DNA of 64,000 nt, taken from NCBI GenBank assembly GCA_964230645.1, contig CAXRHT010000003.1, positions 32,001 to 96,000 of the forward strand, written 5' to 3'. The stretch's first letter is position 1. Each line of letters opens with the position of its first letter. The stretch is from Bdellovibrionales bacterium. GTDB lineage: Bacteria > Bdellovibrionota > Bdellovibrionia > Bdellovibrionales > JAGQZY01. A program made the position numbers and the translations under genes. This document shows positions 1 through 9,697 of this stretch, piece after piece. The notes under the pieces are model-generated. The model saw only the letters and a program-made list of their open reading frames with translations, was not told where the DNA came from and made no database searches.

Positions 1-44
1 ATCGCTTGAAAGTTCCAAGGTAAAGGGCAAAAAGTACGACTCAT
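1..44 (-). CDS. 5' fragment of a probable N-terminal-twitch radical SAM protein (runs off the left window edge)
   Basis: Manual translation from ATG at 44 gives MSRTFCPLPWNFQA, preceded by a GAGGGGG RBS. FCxxPW matches the N-termini of 6941..8167 (AFCIEPW) and 12909..14129 (QFCYAPW). Only 14 codons are visible. Confidence 0.7.
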   Translation of the reverse strand, partial: MSRTFCPLPWNFQA

Positions 45-231
45 AGGAATCCCCCTCAAGAGCCATAAACATAACAGCTTAGGGTCTCTTTATCAAAATT
101 TTACTTCTCTCTCAGGGCCTTGCAAACTTGAACCGAGCCCCTAGAAGACTCAATGCGCCAGCTTATACTCCCCATTCTCCCTTTGCAAAATCATCTCGGT
201 TCGCTAGATTAATGTTATTTGGGAGCTCTTT

Positions 232-1071
232 ATGACACACCTGAAGTTCGTCTTCTCTAATCAAAGCGAATCAACAGAATTTGAGTTAATTTATCAACTC
301 TTCGAGACCCCTTTTAAAGACAAATGGCTGAGAGTCTTCCGCGAGGCACTCAACGATTCTCAGGGGCTCAGGGAGCACCTCTTTTTTGGCTCACTATTTG
401 AAGCCGAAAACACCCTAGTCTCAGAAATTAATCGGGTTATAGAAAAGATTAATCATTTCAAACCTCAAAGTTTTGTCTTTAAAGAGAAGGCCACTCTTGG
501 AATGAGTCACCAGGATCTTATGATCCTTCACTCTGAATTCGAAGAAGCTGAAAAACTTGAACTTTTTCGTCAGGACGCTCCTCAACAAATAAAAAGTGAC
601 CTCTTGAAAGTCAACGAACTCATTCATCGCTACCAAGCCACCCTTGAGCCTGGAAGTGAGTTCCATATCAACTGTGTTTTCAAAAATCCGAAGTCTTATC
701 CTTTCGATCCTGAGGACCTGGAGCTCTTCTCACCTCACTACTACGACGGGTGGCTATATCTCGACTACGCCACCACGGGCGTCACTGTTTTTGATGCCCA
801 TCGGTTCAAAACACCGCAAAAACCTGTTCCACAAACCACCTACCAAGGAGGCTGTAAGCTACTCTTTGATGGAAACCGCGAACGAGGAAGCCAGGAGCTA
901 AATACAATTAAAGACTGGATGAAAAGTCGATGGGACATGGACGCCTCAGATCCCTGGAATACCCTTGGCTACATTCCACTAGGTAAACTCCATCATCCCA
1001 CATCGAGAGATGAAGTAGAGGAAGGATTAAGGCAACACCATCACCGCTTTCGGGTTGAGGTCATTGATTGA
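232..1071 (+). CDS. hypothetical protein (279 aa) in the radical SAM block
   Basis: Long ORF with a GGGAG RBS; no catalytic motif recognised. Confidence 0.8.
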   Translation: MTHLKFVFSNQSESTEFELIYQLFETPFKDKWLRVFREALNDSQGLREHLFFGSLFEAENTLVSEINRVIEKINHFKPQSFVFKEKATLGMSHQDLMILHSEFEEAEKLELFRQDAPQQIKSDLLKVNELIHRYQATLEPGSEFHINCVFKNPKSYPFDPEDLELFSPHYYDGWLYLDYATTGVTVFDAHRFKTPQKPVPQTTYQGGCKLLFDGNRERGSQELNTIKDWMKSRWDMDASDPWNTLGYIPLGKLHHPTSRDEVEEGLRQHHHRFRVEVID

Positions 1072-1123
1072 AAAAGAATAAGGGTGAATTGTCCCGTACG
1101 AAAGCCTATGCTACTTTTATATT

Positions 1124-1525
1124 ATGAGTCGATGGCCTTACTTTATTGTACTTGCGATAAGTCTTTTTTTATCTCAATTCTATTTAAGATCCTTTAACCG
1201 TGAATCAATTTTCCCTCTAGCAACATGGAACCTTTTCTCAAGGCTTCCTATCAAGGGCGAAATTTCAACTCTTTATTTCAAAGATAAAAGCACGGGAACT
1301 CTTTGCTATTTTTATTTATGCCCCGGCGTTGATCAAGATAAAATCACACCCTATCACCCTTATCATATTGTAAGATGGCGTCAGGACAGTATGAATGTGG
1401 CAGACTATTTTAAAAATAAAATAAATCTTCAAGAACTTAACTATGAAATACACATCAAAACAGAGCACACAACCATGGTTGAAAAATGGCGAGAAATTTC
1501 CCCGGCGTTGAGCGAAAAAAATTAG
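1124..1525 (+). CDS. small membrane-anchored protein, possible SdpA-like partner of the downstream HTTM protein
   Basis: N-terminal hydrophobic helix followed by FPLATWNLFS; overlaps the next gene. Confidence 0.55.
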   Translation: MSRWPYFIVLAISLFLSQFYLRSFNRESIFPLATWNLFSRLPIKGEISTLYFKDKSTGTLCYFYLCPGVDQDKITPYHPYHIVRWRQDSMNVADYFKNKINLQELNYEIHIKTEHTTMVEKWREISPALSEKN

Positions 1526-2310
1526 CTCATTTTACGATTGATAGTTTACTTTTTTTTACACTGGCTTATGTTTTTCATAAGAAGTTCTCTGAATTCGATA
1601 TCAACGAGGAACAATTGTTGTGGCCCGTTTTTTGGCTCACAGAAGAGATTCGCCCTTTTGCTGTAAAGCTTTCCATGGGAACACTATTTGCGACGCCCTT
1701 TCTAACACTTTTTAAACGCACCCGATTCCCGGCTCAGATTCTTTGTTTTTTGTCGGCCTTGATTCTCATTTCTATCTCTTATTCCAATGGTAAGTCCTAT
1801 CATGCGGGTCTTTCGTGGATTATTTTTCTTCCGGTCTTTTTATCTCTTAAACCCTTTGTCGGTCGTTTTAACGCCGCTCACCTGGCTTTCTTCACCTTTT
1901 CTACTGCCTACATAAACTCTGGAATCTGGAAACTGCGAAGCCTCCTCCCTTACCTCAGTGAAACAGGAGACTTTTCAGTTCTTTTAAACACCTTGCAAGA
2001 ACACATAGCTTCTTCAGCCGTTGAGAGAGTTCAACCTCCCACCTGGCTTGGGCAACTCGTCATTGATCATCTGTGGCTTTCTGGACTCCTATGGATATCT
2101 GCTATTTTTATTGAAATTTCCCCTATATTGATTCCTTTTTTTAAAAGACAAACCTGGCTCTTCGCTTTATTTCTATTTCTTTTTCATATAGGCGTATACT
2201 GGACTCTAAGAATCTATTTTTTCCCTTCTATGGGACTTCTTCTTGTTCTTTCAATATACTTTTTTCTTCAATCAAGAGAGGAAGATTTCGATAGTATGGA
2301 CCCTTCATGA
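1486..2310 (+). CDS. polytopic membrane protein, HTTM / SdpB / vitamin K-dependent carboxylase-like
   Basis: About 7 hydrophobic segments; AYINSGIWKL (YxxSGxxKL) and LFHIGVYWTLRIYF motifs typical of HTTM-like proteins. Confidence 0.6.
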   Translation: MARNFPGVERKKLAHFTIDSLLFFTLAYVFHKKFSEFDINEEQLLWPVFWLTEEIRPFAVKLSMGTLFATPFLTLFKRTRFPAQILCFLSALILISISYSNGKSYHAGLSWIIFLPVFLSLKPFVGRFNAAHLAFFTFSTAYINSGIWKLRSLLPYLSETGDFSVLLNTLQEHIASSAVERVQPPTWLGQLVIDHLWLSGLLWISAIFIEISPILIPFFKRQTWLFALFLFLFHIGVYWTLRIYFFPSMGLLLVLSIYFFLQSREEDFDSMDPS

Positions 2311-2398
2311 ACTTAGCACCTTCTGTTGGTAAACTCGCGCTAACCGTCACTTTTCTTTTCCTTTAGAAATTAAAACAGCCTTGTAATTCTCAAAGGGA

Positions 2399-3493
2399 GT
2401 GATAATAATCGAAAGCATGAGTTACTCTTATGTGCAGGCCGCAAACTCTCTCCAGTTGGAAATTTCCACAAAATGCAATGCACTTTGTCCGACCTGCATT
2501 CGAACCAATCGATCCCTACAGGGCGTTAACCCTGCGATTCCTAGAAATTCAGAAATGCCCAAAGAAGTATTACTAGAGGTTTTTCGATCTCGCTGGGCTC
2601 AAAACCTACGCACTGTTGAATTTTGTGGAACGCTCGATGAGCCTTTACTTCATTCAAACTTTCTAGGAATTCTTGAAGACCTCTACAACGAACACCCCCA
2701 TGTTCATGTTAGTATTCACACTAATGGCGGCTCAAGAGGTCCCTCATTTTTTAAAGATTTAGCTACAATGATAAAAAAATTTGGCAACGAGTCTACTGTT
2801 CGTTTTGGTATTGATGGACTTGGGAAAACAAATCAAATTTATCGCTACGGGGTTAAATTTGACAGGGTTTGGGAAAATCTAAAAACCTATACCAACGAAG
2901 GCGCTCCTGCCACATGGCAAAGTTTAATTTTTCCTTGGAATAGACATCAAATTAGATCGATGGAGGCCTTAGCTAAATCAGTAGGCTGCAGCGAGTTTTG
3001 GGTCCGACCCGATCGCACTGAAGCTTCTAAGTGGGGTGCTGTCGAAATAGAAAAACGTCGACTTGAAAAGAAACCGCCATCAAAAGAGCTTCCAAATGGC
3101 AACAAAAATTTTGAAACTTTTGTCGCTGATAACATTGATAAGCCAGTTAGTTGTGTCTACAAAGATATACGCCAAATGGTTTTTATCTCTTGGGATGGAA
3201 ATGTCTGGCCTTGTTGTTTTTGGTCTCACGCCAGATATGAGAACAAATATAAAAAACAAAAGTTTCAGCAGACCATGGAAGAAAGATATTCAAAAAATTT
3301 TAATAATCTAGCCCACCATAGCTTTGATGATATTCTTCAACATGATTTTTTTCAAAACGATCTTTTAGAAAGCTGGGAAAAAGGAACGGCTCTGAAGTGG
3401 CGCTGTGTGGAGAAGTGCTCCATAGCCAAAAAACGGACTTCCGATGGGAAAAGAGACGATAAAAAACACTATCAACACGTGAGTTTAAATTGA
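2399..3493 (+). CDS. radical SAM protein with C-terminal twitch/SPASM-like domain
   Basis: CNALCPTC, IHTNGG, FGIDGL; C-terminal C...WPCC...CVEKC. Alternative ATG start at 2417. Confidence 0.9.
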   Translation: MIIIESMSYSYVQAANSLQLEISTKCNALCPTCIRTNRSLQGVNPAIPRNSEMPKEVLLEVFRSRWAQNLRTVEFCGTLDEPLLHSNFLGILEDLYNEHPHVHVSIHTNGGSRGPSFFKDLATMIKKFGNESTVRFGIDGLGKTNQIYRYGVKFDRVWENLKTYTNEGAPATWQSLIFPWNRHQIRSMEALAKSVGCSEFWVRPDRTEASKWGAVEIEKRRLEKKPPSKELPNGNKNFETFVADNIDKPVSCVYKDIRQMVFISWDGNVWPCCFWSHARYENKYKKQKFQQTMEERYSKNFNNLAHHSFDDILQHDFFQNDLLESWEKGTALKWRCVEKCSIAKKRTSDGKRDDKKHYQHVSLN

Positions 3494-3527
3494 TAGTTTT
3501 CGAACGAGAACTCGGGAGAGAGAGAAA

Positions 3528-4691
3528 TTGAATTCTGCAATTTGGCAAAATACCTTGGACTTTAATTGTACTTGGGATCTTGGTCGACGCTGTAATATGG
3601 ATTGCTCCTATTGCCCCCCTCACCGACACAACACTTCCTCTCCTCACTCGGATCTAAAAGGGCTTCTAAAAGTAGCATCACTTCCCATCCAAGTGAGCCA
3701 AACTTTAAGAGAACTTTCCAACAAACCGATCTCCACTCAGGTCAACTTTACCGGAGGAGAACCAACCACCAACCCCCATCTTCTTTCACTTTGTCAGTTC
3801 CTAAAGGAAGCTGATGAAAATCTTGGATTAAGCATCACCACAAACGGCCTTTTTAGTAGTAAGTTCCTTGAAGATATTACTCAATACGTCCATTACCTAA
3901 CGGTCAGTCTCCACTTTGAAGCCAGTGAAAAAACAAAAAAACATGTGCTTGAAAATATTTATCGAATAAAAGAACTAACAACCTCTTCGACAAGTCTTTT
4001 GGGGGATTTTCATATTAATATGATGGTCCACGCTAATGATGTTTACTTTGCTGAAGCCGTCGAACTTTCTTCTCAGTTTAAAAAAGATAATATCCCCTTT
4101 AGTCTTCGTGCCATTGGTGAACATCCCAATGATAAAGGGGCTCATCTTTACGATAAACAACAGATCGGTTTTATCAAAACGGGCAAACTTGAAGATGAAC
4201 CCACAAATGAAGAAGAGCCTGTAAAAAATAAAGAAGGGAAAAAGGCTGGGCGCCCTTGTTGTGGCAATAGAAGCTTTAAAGTTATTAGAGAGGAATCTTT
4301 TACTTCAGGCACCGCTTGTAGTGCACTTAACTCGATCGAAGATCTTCCCGATGCTGGCCGCGTGTCGGAAAGAAACTTTAAAGACTGGGCTTGCCTGGTT
4401 CATCTATTCTTCATGCATATTTATCAAGAGAAGGAACAGGTTTTCCATCATCAAACCTGCAAGGCAAAACTTGATGGGACTACGGGACCAATCGGGAACT
4501 TTGAAGATATCGACAAAATCGTTGAATTTTATAGACAAATTTTAGAGACAAGAAATGTTCCTTATATCCGTTGTCCGAATAAGATCTGCAACTGTGGATT
4601 GTGCATTACCAAGGCAAAAAACCCAGAAGTATTAGATTTGTTTCTCAAACAAAATTTTAAAAATGCCTCTCTAATTCGTAACCACAACTAA
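3528..4691 (+). CDS. radical SAM protein with Cys-rich C-terminal domain
   Basis: CNMDCSYC, FTGGEPT, ITTNG; C-terminal PCCG, WAC, HQTC, CPNKICNCGLC. TTG start after GGGAGAG. Confidence 0.9.
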   Translation: MNSAIWQNTLDFNCTWDLGRRCNMDCSYCPPHRHNTSSPHSDLKGLLKVASLPIQVSQTLRELSNKPISTQVNFTGGEPTTNPHLLSLCQFLKEADENLGLSITTNGLFSSKFLEDITQYVHYLTVSLHFEASEKTKKHVLENIYRIKELTTSSTSLLGDFHINMMVHANDVYFAEAVELSSQFKKDNIPFSLRAIGEHPNDKGAHLYDKQQIGFIKTGKLEDEPTNEEEPVKNKEGKKAGRPCCGNRSFKVIREESFTSGTACSALNSIEDLPDAGRVSERNFKDWACLVHLFFMHIYQEKEQVFHHQTCKAKLDGTTGPIGNFEDIDKIVEFYRQILETRNVPYIRCPNKICNCGLCITKAKNPEVLDLFLKQNFKNASLIRNHN

Positions 4692-5725
4692 TTAAATACC
4701 CCGCAATGTTTCAAACAGGCTGGATTATTGCATTGCCCTTGGTTCGATGAGTTCTGCTGCCAAGATGCCTTTAAATCATTTTTGAAAAATGGATGCCCTA
4801 CAATTTGTTCTAAATTTCTTTTTCCGAGGTTATTAAAGTCCTGGTCATATTCCCTTAAAAAAAGTTGCTGAAAAATTTCCCGGTCTCGAAATGAGGGACG
4901 TTCTAATCCAAGGTTACCGATCCAACAGCAGGGCCATACTCTCCCCCATGAATCGACATAGAGTTGTTGATCTTTTTCCGCCTTGCAAGCAACTGCCTTA
5001 CGTCCCCCATAAGCCTCTTGAACCCAATCTTTCATGTCCTCTGTAGACATTGAATGGGTGCTATTTAAATGACTCTTTGAGGTCTGTACTTGCTGCAACG
5101 TTTTCTTACCGGGAACTCTCTCACTATCATAATTTTTTCTTGTATAGAACTTATTGCAACCAAGTTCATTGGCTAATTTACGAGCCTGATCGATTTGGTG
5201 CTCATTATGAGGAAATACAATGAATTTCCATGTCGCATTTCCTCCGGCCTCAATGAAAGTTTCCAAATTAAGGAGAACTTTTTCCCAAGACACTCCAATA
5301 CGATACTTATGATTGCTGTCCCTAAGTCCATCTATTGAAAAAACTACTTCCAAGGAGTGCTCGCGGGAATAAGTCCCAAGCCATCTCCACACTGATTCCG
5401 AGCCTAAACTTCCATTAGTGTGAATGACGGTTTTCACGTTGGGATGATACTCCTTCTGAATTTCGAAGAACTCTCTTATAAAAGGGGACGCTAAAGGATC
5501 GCCCATAACCCCACATAGAAAAGTATTATTTAAGCTCCCAAGGGATGGGCTCTTCATTAAAGATTCGATTTGTTGATATGTTAGATGGCTTGCTTTAATC
5601 GGCGACTTTACAACAGGGCTCATATCACTGGTTCGTGAACACCCTAGGCAAGAAGCATTACAAAAACTAGTTAATTCGATATGGAGACTCTTTATATCTA
5701 CTAGCTCTTTATTTAAAAATTCCAA
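4688..5725 (-). CDS. radical SAM protein with C-terminal twitch/SPASM-like domain
   Basis: CNASCLGC, IHTNGS, FSIDGL, WPCCW, CLKHC. Confidence 0.9.
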   Translation of the reverse strand: MEFLNKELVDIKSLHIELTSFCNASCLGCSRTSDMSPVVKSPIKASHLTYQQIESLMKSPSLGSLNNTFLCGVMGDPLASPFIREFFEIQKEYHPNVKTVIHTNGSLGSESVWRWLGTYSREHSLEVVFSIDGLRDSNHKYRIGVSWEKVLLNLETFIEAGGNATWKFIVFPHNEHQIDQARKLANELGCNKFYTRKNYDSERVPGKKTLQQVQTSKSHLNSTHSMSTEDMKDWVQEAYGGRKAVACKAEKDQQLYVDSWGRVWPCCWIGNLGLERPSFRDREIFQQLFLREYDQDFNNLGKRNLEQIVGHPFFKNDLKASWQQNSSNQGQCNNPACLKHCGVFN

Positions 5726-5873
5726 TCTCTACTCTCTCAGAAATGCAGATCATCATTTCACTGCTACAAGTTGTAATGCACTAACTGGGGCCCTTTCACC
5801 CGTTTCTCACAATCTTTCCCTCCATCCTGTTGATACCAAACAAACCTCAGACTTTCAACGAAGGGAAAACAAT

Positions 5874-6884
5874 CTAGGCATTCACTGGGGAGTAGGTGGG
5901 GGGACTTTTTTTATGTAAACAGTTCTGGCAACGAACATAGGGTTCTTTCGCCCAACTTCGATAGAGGTCTTCTCTAAAAAATTTTAGTATTCCTTCAAAT
6001 GTGTTGTTTCGAATATCACAGTTCTTTTTATATCGTTCTGTGGGAAAACTGTTACCATTATCTACCGCAGCGAAGCAGCAGGGCCAGATGTAACCCTTCT
6101 GATCGACAGCTATTTTACCTTCAGCGGCGAAGGGACATTCGAATTGCGGATGTTGGGTATGGATTTGTCCCCTAAGATGAGGTTGAGTCTTGAAGATTGT
6201 GCTTTTTTTATAATAGGTCTCGAAATCGTTGAGACTTGGTGATGTGATTTTAACCTCGCTATAGTTTTTAAAAGCAGTTTGGTAGATCTCTGGTTTTCTA
6301 TTTCTGAAGGTAACAAAACTACTACACCCAACTTCCTCAGCTTTTTGCTCAATCTCCTCTATTTGGTTTTTATTGTGATCAAAAACGATACAACGCCATC
6401 TTGAATAGCCCCCGGCTTGATTAAATTGTTTTATATTCTCCACTAATCGCTTCCACCGGACACCCCTGCGATAAATATCATTTGTATACTCAAGCCCATC
6501 CACCGAAAATGTTAAAACATGAGTTTTAAATTTCTGTAAGCATTGAGCGAGTGAAGACCAAAATTCAGGACTTCTTGCGCCCCCGTTAGTAGAAATTCTA
6601 ACTTCGACTTCGGGTTTTTGTTCGTATAACATATCGAGCATTTCAATGAGATGTGGGTGTAAACTTGCATCACCTACATTCCCATCCAAATTAAGAATTT
6701 GAATGTACTCGAGGTTTTCAGGGCGAATAATTTTTTCCCAAACATCAAAAGTCATATTTTCAAGCTTCAAATCTGGGCGGCGGTGTCCTCCGTCGATATT
6801 TCTATGACAAGCACCGCAATGAGAGTTACAATGACTAGTCATCTCAACTTCTAAGAATGTCACATTCTCTTTTTCGTAATACAT
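5874..6884 (-). CDS. radical SAM protein with C-terminal twitch/SPASM-like domain
   Basis: CNSHCGAC, ISTNGG, FSVDGL, WPCCF, CQNC. Confidence 0.9.
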   Translation of the reverse strand: MYYEKENVTFLEVEMTSHCNSHCGACHRNIDGGHRRPDLKLENMTFDVWEKIIRPENLEYIQILNLDGNVGDASLHPHLIEMLDMLYEQKPEVEVRISTNGGARSPEFWSSLAQCLQKFKTHVLTFSVDGLEYTNDIYRRGVRWKRLVENIKQFNQAGGYSRWRCIVFDHNKNQIEEIEQKAEEVGCSSFVTFRNRKPEIYQTAFKNYSEVKITSPSLNDFETYYKKSTIFKTQPHLRGQIHTQHPQFECPFAAEGKIAVDQKGYIWPCCFAAVDNGNSFPTERYKKNCDIRNNTFEGILKFFREDLYRSWAKEPYVRCQNCLHKKSPPTYSPVNA

Positions 6885-6940
6885 TTATTTTAAATTTTCC
6901 CAGTTCTAATTACTCGAATTTCATTACTTTTAAAGATTAA

Positions 6941-8167
6941 CTATCGAATGATATCCTCTGGTCCCCAACCTATAGTATCCCATGTATTTTGGTCTCGCGA
7001 TTGATCGACTAGGTTTGTGTAGTTTACAAATTCCTTTTTGTATTTTTCAAATTGTCTATCACTGAACTTTGTGTTGATTTCATTTATGAGGCCCATCAAA
7101 ACAGGTTTTTCCTTTTCACGTGCTCCATTGTTTAGAATTTCTTCTAACCCACTCACCACATCTCTTTTTAATTTTTTGGGAGCTATTGAAGGGTGATAGA
7201 AACGTTTACTGTTTAAATGAGAAAAAATAAACCTTTTTTGATTGTTGCTCCCATTCCCGATAAACCATTGAATTGTTTCGCAAATATTACCAAGATTAAA
7301 ATTCATAGGTACGCTAACAAATGTCCAGTCCAATTCATTCTTATGTTTAAAAAGTTCATTGAGACTCTCTTCGACGAGCTTCCATTTTAGAGGCCAACGA
7401 GTTAGCTCATAGTGATCTTTTATTGAATCTATTGATAGGCTCAAATCACAGTTTTTAAATCCGCTCAAATATTTTAGATGTTTGCTAGATTGTGTTCCGT
7501 TAGTCGTAATCTTTAAACTCATCTGTTGTTTATTTGCACTCGTATCGATGAATTTTAGTAATTCCAAAAATTGAGGATGAACGAAGGGCTCTCCTCCAGA
7601 AATTTCTAAAATTTGGATTTTCTCTATCAATGGTTTCAGGCTCTCAATCTTTTTCCCATCCAACCAGGGGTCACCCTCAGGAGTCTTATCAACTTCTTTT
7701 TTAAAAAAAGAGACTCTGTCTTCTAAGTTAGTATCAATAATTTTTCTAAAATTCCTTGCTAGCATGTTAGACCTCGTGGGGTTACACATGCGACAGGCGG
7801 TATTACATTTATTACCAAATGTAAGCATCAGATGAGTCTCACTCACATTCTCAGTATTTGTTCCAAATTTCTGATTTCGAATCTGACGTAAACTTGTTTT
7901 GTTTTCCGCCTCATGCCTGTAACAAGATTTACAGCCTTGTATTCTCTGGCCTTTTAAAAGTTTAGCTTTTATTTCGGACAGTTCTAAAGAGTTCCGATAA
8001 TCATATAAGCTGGAATTTTGATTCAAACTTCTTCCAATATAATTGCAGCAAGGCCCAGGTCTTCCCTCACTGTCAAAGTGCAATTGACGCCAAGGTTCGA
8101 TACAAAATGCATCTCCTGACTCTGGATATTCGATACTGTTATCATAGCCCATTCGTTTTTTATTCAA
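6941..8167 (-). CDS. radical SAM protein with N-terminal twitch-like domain
   Basis: N-terminal FCIEPW...PCC...CKSC, then CNTACRMC, SGGEPF, ITTNGT, SIDS. Confidence 0.9.
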   Translation of the reverse strand: MNKKRMGYDNSIEYPESGDAFCIEPWRQLHFDSEGRPGPCCNYIGRSLNQNSSLYDYRNSLELSEIKAKLLKGQRIQGCKSCYRHEAENKTSLRQIRNQKFGTNTENVSETHLMLTFGNKCNTACRMCNPTRSNMLARNFRKIIDTNLEDRVSFFKKEVDKTPEGDPWLDGKKIESLKPLIEKIQILEISGGEPFVHPQFLELLKFIDTSANKQQMSLKITTNGTQSSKHLKYLSGFKNCDLSLSIDSIKDHYELTRWPLKWKLVEESLNELFKHKNELDWTFVSVPMNFNLGNICETIQWFIGNGSNNQKRFIFSHLNSKRFYHPSIAPKKLKRDVVSGLEEILNNGAREKEKPVLMGLINEINTKFSDRQFEKYKKEFVNYTNLVDQSRDQNTWDTIGWGPEDIIR

Positions 8168-8244
8168 CTGAGCCCCTTCTACATTTCTGGCGGTTTACTC
8201 TAGAGCTTGAAGACTAGCACCCATTAGTAATAATGACCAATTTT

Positions 8245-9084
8245 TCAATCGGCCGAAACAAACTTATCCTCTAAATTTTCTTTGTGCTTATCAAAATTAA
8301 CAAGATAGCGATTGCCTAGGTAGTTTTTCCACAAGCTAATTCTTAAACCAGCCTTCGCGTTAAAAAGCTGTCCCTCTAATCCCTTATTACTACAGTGTAG
8401 CTGTGTTGTGTCGAAAACCATCACCGATCCCGGCACCCACTCAAATGCGGATTCTAAATGGAAGCCTGAAAATCTCTCTTTATCAAACGAGTGGCCCAGA
8501 TTGTACTTTTTAAATACATCTTCATCGAAGGGCTCATCTTTGTAGGTGATATGTTCTCTTTTTTCATTGTAGAGACATTCAATATCCTCATATTGATCGT
8601 AGCTTTTGTAATGAGTTAAGCTTTTAGACTTTCCTCTGTCTAAAGTGGCCCCATGGTCTAAAAGTCTTTCTTTAAAAAAAAGCATATGGCATTTGGAATC
8701 TCTAGGTAGCTTATAAAGTGGTATAAGTAATGACTTGTAGGCTACGTCTCCGGGTAAAAAACTAAAATCTTCTTTTTCCGGCATATCAGTATGAAAGCCA
8801 TATTGATGAGGGGTATGGTAGAAATTCCCTCTAATTCCCGTCAATTCTGTTAAATCAACCAGTTTCTCCAGTTGCTTATAAAATCTTACTATGATCTTTG
8901 GAAAATCCCCTGAAAAGAATAGGTTTCCAGTATCTGAAACTCGCCAGTTTAAAGTTGATTTAAACATAAAGTGAGAGAGTTCATCTAAGTCCTCTGGAGA
9001 GAAGACATCTGGCCAGAATTCTGCTTTAGAAAAATATTGGGAATGTTGCTCTTTATCAGAAATGTCGAGTGAACGTCTGGTCAT
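8245..9084 (-). CDS. putative 2OG-Fe(II) oxygenase-fold protein
   Basis: HxD motif (FHTD), distal His in VFDTTQLHCS preceded by FEWVPGSVMV, and a basic residue downstream. Confidence 0.6.
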   Translation of the reverse strand: MTRRSLDISDKEQHSQYFSKAEFWPDVFSPEDLDELSHFMFKSTLNWRVSDTGNLFFSGDFPKIIVRFYKQLEKLVDLTELTGIRGNFYHTPHQYGFHTDMPEKEDFSFLPGDVAYKSLLIPLYKLPRDSKCHMLFFKERLLDHGATLDRGKSKSLTHYKSYDQYEDIECLYNEKREHITYKDEPFDEDVFKKYNLGHSFDKERFSGFHLESAFEWVPGSVMVFDTTQLHCSNKGLEGQLFNAKAGLRISLWKNYLGNRYLVNFDKHKENLEDKFVSAD

Positions 9085-9697
9085 AGAAACCTACCTGCTA
9101 GTTGATTGGCAATCCATAAAAAATACTCTAATTTTTAAACTCTCGAATCAAGCGAAATAGAGTTCTTTCCTACATACTTAAGTGATCTAAAAAATTTAAA
9201 GTTTATCCTTAAATTCACTTGATAATGCCTTACCTGTGGCCTCTATTTATCACAATTTCTAATTTTTTGTTCCTTCCCCAAATACCCCCTAATGAATGGG
9301 CGATCGCCTTTATCTCGAAATGGGAACGTAGTTACTTTCTAAAAGCTGCGCGAGGTCAAAAATGACAGGTAAGTCTCAAATAGAGACCTAGACATTGGTC
9401 GGTAAAAGGTTCGCCCTCTTTTTTGAAAAAAACTAAACAATGACTTCTCTTCTGAAAAAACATTCGAAATTTTTAAATCGTTTTTCCACTCAAACTTCTT
9501 AGAGCCAATATTTATGCTTAATGTTTTTGCAGTACAAATGTTTCTTTTGCTTACTTCTGAGTAATAAAATTTCTTTAGAGATTTAAAATACTGTTCAATG
9601 ATCCAATTCGAGAATCCCCCCAATTATTGAATTGTTTCAAAAGCTTAAATAAACTACCATTAAAGGGGATCAATTCTAAAAAAACCATGGAGGAATT

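Noticed and set aside
9225..9365. 46-aa plus-strand ORF (MPYLWPLF...) as a precursor peptide
   Set aside because: No RBS and no repeated core motif; likely chance.
9339..9623. 94-aa minus-strand ORF as a gene or RiPP precursor
   Set aside because: TTG start, no clear RBS, composition typical of AT-rich non-coding DNA, no leader/core structure. Cannot be fully excluded.
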